Positions 54,545 to 64,000 of a stretch of DNA of 64,000 nt are shown here, one piece after another. The position numbers and the translations under genes were made by a program. The stretch lies in the NCBI GenBank assembly GCA_965223545.1, contig OZ245006.1, forward strand, positions 4,352,001 to 4,416,000, in the 5' to 3' direction. Each line of letters opens with the position of its first letter. Within the stretch, counting starts at the first letter, position 1. Below the pieces are notes generated by a model. It searched no databases. It was given only the letters and a program-made list of their open reading frames with translations, and had not been told where the DNA came from. The stretch comes from Planctomycetota bacterium (lineage in GTDB: Bacteria > Planctomycetota > UBA1135 > UBA2386).

Positions 54545-55741
54545 ATGACCGCCGACGACCCGCTGCTCGACTGGCGTGACCGGTTTCCGATCCTCGAGTC
54601 GAGCACCTACTTGATCAACAACTCGCTCGGGCCGATGCCGCGCGCCGCACGCGACGCGATGGCGCGCTTCGCCGACTTGTGGGACCGCCGCGGCGTGCGT
54701 GCGTGGGCCGACGAGTGGTGGGAGAAGCAGTGGGAGTTCTCGCACCTGATCGAGGGCATCCTCGGTGTTGCGCCGGACACGGTGTCGATGCACCAGAACG
54801 TGGCGATGGCGAGTCAGTCGATCCTGTCATGCTTCTCGTTCGATGGGCCGCGCAACCGGATCGTCTACACCGATCTGAACTTCCCGTCGGTGATGTATCT
54901 GTACGAGGCGCAGCGCGACCGCGGCGCGGAGATCGTGCGCGTACCGAGCGACGACGGCATTCACGTCGACCAGCAGCGGCTGCTCGACGCCATCGACGAG
55001 CGCACCGCGTTGGTGCCGATCAGCCATGTGTTGTTTCGCAGCGCGTTCATCCAGGACGCCCGAGCGGTGGTGCGGCGCGCGCGCGAGGTCGGCGCCTTCG
55101 TCGTGCTCGACGTGTTCCAATCGGTCGGCACCGTACCACTGCAGCTGGCCGAGTGGGGCGTCCACGCTGCGGTGGGGGGCGCGTTGAAGTTCCTCTGCGG
55201 CGGACCCGGCAACTGCTTCCTCTACGTCGATCCGGACGAGCGCGCGCGCCTGCGACCGCGGTTCACCGGTTGGGCCGCGCACCGTGATCCGTTTGCCTTC
55301 TCGGCATCCGGTCAGGACTACCGCGACGATGGGGCTCGGTTCCTCAACGGCACACCCAACGTCCCGGCGCTGTACTCCGGGATCGAAGGCGTGCGCACGA
55401 TCGCCGAGGTCGGCGTGGACGCGATCCGCGAGAAGAGCGTGCGGCAGACGGCGCTGCTGATGCGGCGCGCCGAGGCGCACGGCTTCGAGACGACCGCGCC
55501 GAGTGAGCCGGCAGTGCGCGGCGGCACGGTCGCCGTCGACGTGCCGCACGGCTACGCGGTGTGCCAGGCGTTGCTGGCCGAGGACATCGTCGTCGACTAC
55601 CGGCCCAAGGCGGGGATCCGGATCGCGCCGCACTTCTTCACCCGCGACGAGGAGTGCGTGGCGGCGCTCGACCGCATGGCCGAGATCGTCGAGCAGCGCG
55701 AGTACGAGGCGTTCGAACAGCAAGCGAGGCGCCCCGGATGA
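54545..55741 (+). CDS. Kynureninase-like class V PLP enzyme
   Basis: YLINNSLGPMP, DLNFPS, SHVLFRS, DVFQSVG, GGALKFLCGGPG (PLP Lys), GWAAH; adjacent to a kynB-like gene. Confidence 0.82.
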   Translation: MTADDPLLDWRDRFPILESSTYLINNSLGPMPRAARDAMARFADLWDRRGVRAWADEWWEKQWEFSHLIEGILGVAPDTVSMHQNVAMASQSILSCFSFDGPRNRIVYTDLNFPSVMYLYEAQRDRGAEIVRVPSDDGIHVDQQRLLDAIDERTALVPISHVLFRSAFIQDARAVVRRAREVGAFVVLDVFQSVGTVPLQLAEWGVHAAVGGALKFLCGGPGNCFLYVDPDERARLRPRFTGWAAHRDPFAFSASGQDYRDDGARFLNGTPNVPALYSGIEGVRTIAEVGVDAIREKSVRQTALLMRRAEAHGFETTAPSEPAVRGGTVAVDVPHGYAVCQALLAEDIVVDYRPKAGIRIAPHFFTRDEECVAALDRMAEIVEQREYEAFEQQARRPG

Positions 55742-56370
55742 CGCGCGTCTACGACATCTCGGAGCCGATCTCGCCGGCGACGGCCGTGTTTCCGGGCGAC
55801 ACACCGTTCTCGCAAGCCTGGGTGATGCGCATGGAGGAGGGCGCTTCGTGCAACGTCTCGACCATGACGATGTCGGTGCACTGCGGAACGCACACGGATG
55901 CGCCGTTGCACTTCGACGTCGATGGGCGCGACATGGCGTCGGTCGCGCTCGATCCATACATCGGTCCATGCCGGGTCGTCGAGGTCACCGGCCGTGGTGC
56001 GCCGGCGCTGGTCGCGGCCGAGGAGCTGGCGGCGGCCATCGACGGAGCCACGCGAGTTCTGTTGCGCACCGCAGCGCGGCACGACGCCGAGCGATTCGAT
56101 CCGGACTTCACTGCACTCGGTCCGGACGCGGCCGCGGTCCTGGTCTCGGCCGGCGTGCGACTGGTCGGCATCGACACGCCGAGCATCGACCACGCCGCCT
56201 CGCAGGATCTGGCGGGGCACCAGGTGCTCTACCGCGGGGGTGTCGCGATCCTCGAGAACATCGACCTGACGGCAGTGCCGACCGGCGAGTACGAGCTGAT
56301 CGCGCTGCCGTTGCGCCTGGTCGGCTCCGACTCGTCGCCGGTGCGCGCAATCCTGCGGGAGCGGTCATGA
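55738..56370 (+). CDS. kynB: Kynurenine formamidase (cyclase family)
   Basis: VFPGDTPF, HCGTHTDAPLHF, VGIDTPSID, ILENIDL, YELIALPL, DSSPVRAIL; ATGA overlap. Confidence 0.85.
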   Translation: MTRVYDISEPISPATAVFPGDTPFSQAWVMRMEEGASCNVSTMTMSVHCGTHTDAPLHFDVDGRDMASVALDPYIGPCRVVEVTGRGAPALVAAEELAAAIDGATRVLLRTAARHDAERFDPDFTALGPDAAAVLVSAGVRLVGIDTPSIDHAASQDLAGHQVLYRGGVAILENIDLTAVPTGEYELIALPLRLVGSDSSPVRAILRERS

Positions 56371-56771
56371 GCAAGCGCCCTGTCAACCCGCCTGAGCTGG
56401 CGCCCCCGGTCGGCTTCGCGCACGGCTGGCTGGTCGAGAGCGGGGCCCAGCGCACGCTCTACCTGGCGGGCCAATGCGGCCACGACGCGGCTGGCGTCAT
56501 CGTCGAGCCCGGCGATCTGGTCGCTCAGCTGGACCGGGCGATGGCCAACATCGGCTGCGTACTGCGCGACGCCGAGATGGAGTTCGCCGACGTCGTCCAG
56601 CTCAACTTCTACGTGCGCAGTCGGGACGACTACGACACCGCGCGGCGCGCGTTCGGGGCGGTGTGGAAGCGCCACTGCGGGCGGCACTACCCGGCGATGG
56701 CGATGTTCGAAGTCGTCTCGCTCTTCGACCCGCGCGCGCTGATCGAGATCCAGGGCATCGCGGCGCGTTGA
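56367..56771 (+). CDS. RidA/YjgF family protein
   Basis: NPPELAPPVGFAHG, LYLAGQ, HYPAMAMFEVVSL, LIEIQGIA; ATGA overlap. Confidence 0.9.
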   Translation: MSKRPVNPPELAPPVGFAHGWLVESGAQRTLYLAGQCGHDAAGVIVEPGDLVAQLDRAMANIGCVLRDAEMEFADVVQLNFYVRSRDDYDTARRAFGAVWKRHCGRHYPAMAMFEVVSLFDPRALIEIQGIAAR

Positions 56772-56942
56772 CGGCGTGTGGCGATCAAGGTCGGCCACGC
56801 TGTTCGGCGCGATCCCGTTTGGCGTTCAGCTGACCTTCGTGGAGTTGGTCTCGCTCTAGATGCTGCTCAGCGACCGTCGCGAGAACCAGATACGTACACC
56901 TCTCCACAGCCCTGACGACCTATGCGTTGTCAGAGTGTTGAC

Positions 56943-57287
56943 TCAAGAGGAGGACCGACGAGACCCCTGTTCCCCAATCAGTCTTTGGTCTACTTCCGCG
57001 GCGCATTCGGGTGCAAGACTCTCCGGTATCGGAGGGCGTCTGATGGCGAAGTACGGGATCGGGCTGGAGGCGAAGGACAGGACGACCTGGCGGCCAAGCT
57101 CGAGGCGCTCATCCTCGTCCTTGGCCGCGTCGAAGTACATGCAGTCGAAGAGCCAGATCTGGGGCCGAGACGGCAAGACCGCGGCTGGCGACTTGTGGAA
57201 GGTCACGATCAAGTGGCTCTCGAAGCTCCTTACTGGCAGCTGACACAGAAGCGACGAAAGGCCAAGAGCGTTGATTGCCCAACGCAC
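56943..57287 (-). CDS. Possible hypothetical protein or gene fragment
   Basis: 114-aa ORF in a lower-GC stretch; no recognisable motif; an in-frame stop lies just upstream. Confidence 0.3.
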   Translation of the reverse strand: MRWAINALGLSSLLCQLPVRSFESHLIVTFHKSPAAVLPSRPQIWLFDCMYFDAAKDEDERLELGRQVVLSFASSPIPYFAIRRPPIPESLAPECAAEVDQRLIGEQGSRRSSS

Positions 57288-57418
57288 GGCCAGACCAGCT
57301 TGATTTGCTCAAGCGCAGTTGTTGAGTCGGGCTCTTGTCGAAACGCCTGGGGGCAACGTCGAGCACGACAAACCAGGACCTTGGCTACGGAAGTCGTTGG
57401 GTGCTAGACTGTTGGGTG

Positions 57419-57670
57419 ATGGGCATCCAGATTGCCCCTGAACTTCAGCGTCAGCTCGAGAGCTTGGCTCGCGAGCAAGGGATGACTGTCGACGAACTGC
57501 TGCGAGACCTTCTGAAGCGTGTTCAGCACGGGGCCGTGAGGAATGGCGCACCAGGCAAGCAGACCTGCTACGAACTCGCCGCCGCTTCAGGTGTCATCGG
57601 AGTGGTTGGGAATGCGCCTTCAGACCTGAGCACGAACCCGGGACATTTCGACGGGTTCGGGCGTGACTGA
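57419..57670 (+). CDS. Ribbon-helix-helix (CopG-like) antitoxin
   Basis: IQIAPELQRQLESLAREQGMTVDELLRDLL plus C-terminal PSDLSTNPGHFDGFG, typical of antitoxins that precede PIN toxins. Confidence 0.75.
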   Translation: MGIQIAPELQRQLESLAREQGMTVDELLRDLLKRVQHGAVRNGAPGKQTCYELAAASGVIGVVGNAPSDLSTNPGHFDGFGRD

Positions 57671-57821
57671 GACAGCCGCAGTCCAGCGGCAGTTGAAGGC
57701 TGTTGCAGAGGCCACGTGGCTGCGAGCTGCGAACCTCGACTCCGACGCGCCAATTCTCGACCGCCGCGACTTCGCCATCTACCGCACTACCGATGACCGC
57801 GCGCTGACTGTCGTGCCGTAG
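57663..57821 (+). pseudogene. Internally deleted PIN/VapC toxin remnant
   Basis: Manual translation (52 aa, overlapping the antitoxin stop): MTETAAVQRQLKAVAEATWLRAANLDSDAPILDRRDFAIYRTTDDRALTVVP. LDRRDFAIYR...LTVVP is a VapC-type C-terminus; the N-terminal catalytic Asp region and the middle are missing. Confidence 0.6.
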
Positions 57822-57843
57822 ACTCGGTCGTCGCGCGCCCCCG

Positions 57844-59496
57844 TCAGGAGGCGAGCACGCGCACCGGCGCGCCGGCAGCCCCCAGCAAGTTCACACCACT
57901 GGTCGAGATGTGTACCAGTCGGTTGGCGTTGAGCAGAACGCCGCTCGCTCCGACGGAGAACTCGCGGGCGCCGACCACGGGCACCGGTACCAAGATTCCT
58001 CCGGGCAGCTCGAACACCAGCGCTCCGGCGCCGGCCGGCAGCGCCGCGAGGGACGCCAGGAACACGGCCAGCCCGGAGGCATCGCGGGCGTCGCGGCTGA
58101 TGTGGATGCCGGCGGGGCCGACGAGCTGTGGCGTGAGCGAGAGATCGGCGAACTCGTCGCCGCCGACCCCGGGGATCAGCAGGCGAGGAGCGCTGCCGAA
58201 GCCGAGGCGGGCCGGGGCGCGGAGATCGGGGTCCAGCACGCCGCCGGCGGCGGTGATGGGATCGACCCAGCGCAGCTCGGTGCGGGTGCCGACCGCTTGC
58301 TCGAACACCGTCAAGTTGCTGCGCAGCGTGTAGCCGCGGTCGGGTGCGAGCGTGCCGGCGCCGAACGGCGGCTGTGCGCCGGCGGTGCCGGTCAGGTTGG
58401 TGACGCTCGCCGTCCCGGTCTTCGCCGTGTACAGGTCGAAGGCGCTGGGATCGCCGACGCCGAGCACCAGCGTGTCCTCGAACGCATCCGCCATGAACGA
58501 CGGAAAGATGGAGATGTCGATGTACGGCTCGAAGTTGGCGTCCGAGGTGACGTGCGTCGGCGTCGTTGCCGCGGTCGTGTCCAGCAAGTAGTGCTCTTCC
58601 CGCACGGTCGAGTCGACGTAGAACAGTCGCGTGCCGTCCTGGTTGAGCAGCAGGTGGGGTCCGTTGGGCTCACCGGGCAGGTAGCCGGGATCGTCATAAT
58701 CGGCGGCTGGCGGCGGCAGGACCGCCGCGGCACCGCTCGATCCGAGCAAGTAAAGCCGGACCGACTTGCGCGGGCCGAACAGGAAGACGACGGACTTGCC
58801 GTCACCGGCCATCGCCATCTCGTCCTCGACGGTCGAGCCCACGGTCCCCGAAGGGGTGAGGTTGCTCGGGGTGCTGCCGTCGGTCAGCGCCGTGCGCCAG
58901 ATGCGGCCGTTGTCGGTGACGCAAAACAGGTGGGTGGCCCCGACGCACACTCCGGTGGGCTCGACCGGCGCTGGGAACGAGATCTCGCGGACCGGGGTTC
59001 CGGTCGACGCCCAGTTCTGGCCGTCCAAACGGGCGACGAACAGGCGGCCCGTGCGCGTCACGAACGCCGCGTGCAGGCCGTCGTAGGCGACGCCGATGGC
59101 GTTGGCGAAGGGGTTGTTTCCGCTCACCCCGGGCAGCTCCAGCAACTGCTGCGGATTGCCATTGCCGTCGACCCATACGTAGCCATACCAGCGGTCACTG
59201 TCCCGCGAGTAGTGGAACACCCGGCCGCCGGCCGGAAGCTCGATTCGCACCACCCCGTTGCGGGAGATGCGCCGCGGCCAGTCGTTCCGCACTTCGTGCT
59301 GGTGGGTGCGCAGCATCAGCTCGGGGGCTCTCAACCGGAGACCGCGCAGATGTTCGGTCGGCGCCGCGCTCGGGTTGGCGGCGTCCACGCTGAGCAGGCT
59401 GAGAGCGTTGGCCGCGCCCTCGAAATAGGAGAGGCTCGACTGCGCCGGCATCACCGTCGGCAGGAGTCCGAGAGCAACAAGGGCGGAGATTCTCAT
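57844..59496 (-). CDS. Secreted hypothetical protein, probable beta-propeller
   Basis: Signal peptide MRISALVALGLLPTVMPAQ; repeated xDGxxxxF and NLT motifs. Confidence 0.72.
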   Translation of the reverse strand: MRISALVALGLLPTVMPAQSSLSYFEGAANALSLLSVDAANPSAAPTEHLRGLRLRAPELMLRTHQHEVRNDWPRRISRNGVVRIELPAGGRVFHYSRDSDRWYGYVWVDGNGNPQQLLELPGVSGNNPFANAIGVAYDGLHAAFVTRTGRLFVARLDGQNWASTGTPVREISFPAPVEPTGVCVGATHLFCVTDNGRIWRTALTDGSTPSNLTPSGTVGSTVEDEMAMAGDGKSVVFLFGPRKSVRLYLLGSSGAAAVLPPPAADYDDPGYLPGEPNGPHLLLNQDGTRLFYVDSTVREEHYLLDTTAATTPTHVTSDANFEPYIDISIFPSFMADAFEDTLVLGVGDPSAFDLYTAKTGTASVTNLTGTAGAQPPFGAGTLAPDRGYTLRSNLTVFEQAVGTRTELRWVDPITAAGGVLDPDLRAPARLGFGSAPRLLIPGVGGDEFADLSLTPQLVGPAGIHISRDARDASGLAVFLASLAALPAGAGALVFELPGGILVPVPVVGAREFSVGASGVLLNANRLVHISTSGVNLLGAAGAPVRVLAS

Positions 59497-59514
59497 GGGT
59501 GTCGCGCACCAGCG

Positions 59515-59532
59515 AAACAAATGACGTGCCGG
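59515..59532 (-). promoter_or_regulatory. Possible sigma54-type promoter (variant -12)
   Basis: Minus strand CCGGCACGTCATTTGTTT: GGCACG -24 element, exact N10 spacing, TTGT in place of TTGC; divergent from a sigma54 activator gene. Confidence 0.4.
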
Positions 59533-59680
59533 TGCGAAGAGGTTGGACCCTGTCCGGGGTCCGGGCGGCCCGCGTCCCGGTCTCGGACAGTGTCGTGGCC
59601 ATGACGTATTGTTTCCCACCCGGCGAGCGTCGTGTAGGGCATGCGGGCCCCATCTCCCAAGATGCGCTCCGTCGACGTCC

Positions 59681-63559
<3,879 letters not shown>

Positions 63560-63578
63560 GGCCGCCGCGTGCTCAGCC

Positions 63579-64000
63579 TCAGCTGGCGCGCACGTCCTTG
63601 CAGTCGGGGTTGGTGATCGTCAGCGTGCCGGCGTTGTCGAGCAGCACGGCCTGGCTGGTGATCTCGGTGCCGACGAGGGCGGGCAGCGTCGGCATCTGCA
63701 GGTCGAAGCGCCATTGGCCGTTGGCGGCGATGACCCCCTGGTTGATCAGCACGTTGGGCGTGCCGATGACCCAGGTGCCGGCCGCGCCGAAGGGGATGTA
63801 GCCGGCCGAGGCCCGCAGGGAGCCGTAGATCACCGAGAAGGAGCCGGGGGTGCCGAACACTTCCCAGGTCTCGCGGCGGCCGAAGCGGAGGTTGCCCATC
63901 TGGAACATCTCGGGGATCTGCGTCGCCGAGACCACGTCGAGCACCGTCGTCGCGCCGACGCTGACCAGCCGGACCTGCATGGCGTACTCGAAGTTCTGCT
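63579..64000 (-). CDS. 3' end of a probably secreted protein (partial; starts beyond right edge)
   Basis: The frame is open to the window edge (QNFEYAMQVR...); ends in a ~100-aa domain similar in pattern to the C-terminus of the FG-GAP protein. Confidence 0.75.
   Translation of the reverse strand, partial: QNFEYAMQVRLVSVGATTVLDVVSATQIPEMFQMGNLRFGRRETWEVFGTPGSFSVIYGSLRASAGYIPFGAAGTWVIGTPNVLINQGVIAANGQWRFDLQMPTLPALVGTEITSQAVLLDNAGTLTITNPDCKDVRAS

Overview
High-GC (roughly 70% by eye) bacterial chromosomal window with about 48 CDSs. The gene content suggests an uncultured Planctomycetota lineage, which is an inference from the ECF sigma factor with a long C-terminal extension, the Ser/Thr kinase-sigma54 activator fusion, the multiheme cytochrome plus beta-propeller pair and the FG-GAP protein. 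Housekeeping genes: rapA, recN, manA-like, rluB-like, an M16 peptidase pair, uup-like ABC-F, groES-groEL. Accessory genes: ArsM-like methyltransferase, ArsN2-cupin, EboF-like, deoxyhypusine synthase-like, kynU/kynB-like plus RidA, two-component systems. Main signals missed by the ORF track: (1) an exported PrxQ/BCP peroxiredoxin split by an in-frame UGA exactly at the peroxidatic Cys (TPG-U-TKEVC), followed by a SECIS-like hairpin, i.e. a likely selenoprotein; (2) a REP-like palindromic repeat family (GTACGG-hairpin) in five copies, three starting at a gene's stop codon, two forming a perfect 31-bp direct repeat around one small secreted-protein gene and two forming an inverted doublet; (3) a sigma54 -24/-12 site in front of a response regulator-groES-groEL unit; (4) a ~100-aa C-terminal domain shared by two otherwise unrelated-looking proteins; (5) an internally deleted VapC remnant behind an intact antitoxin. 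I saw no rRNA, tRNA, CRISPR array or transposase. Start codons are best guesses and no database searches were run.
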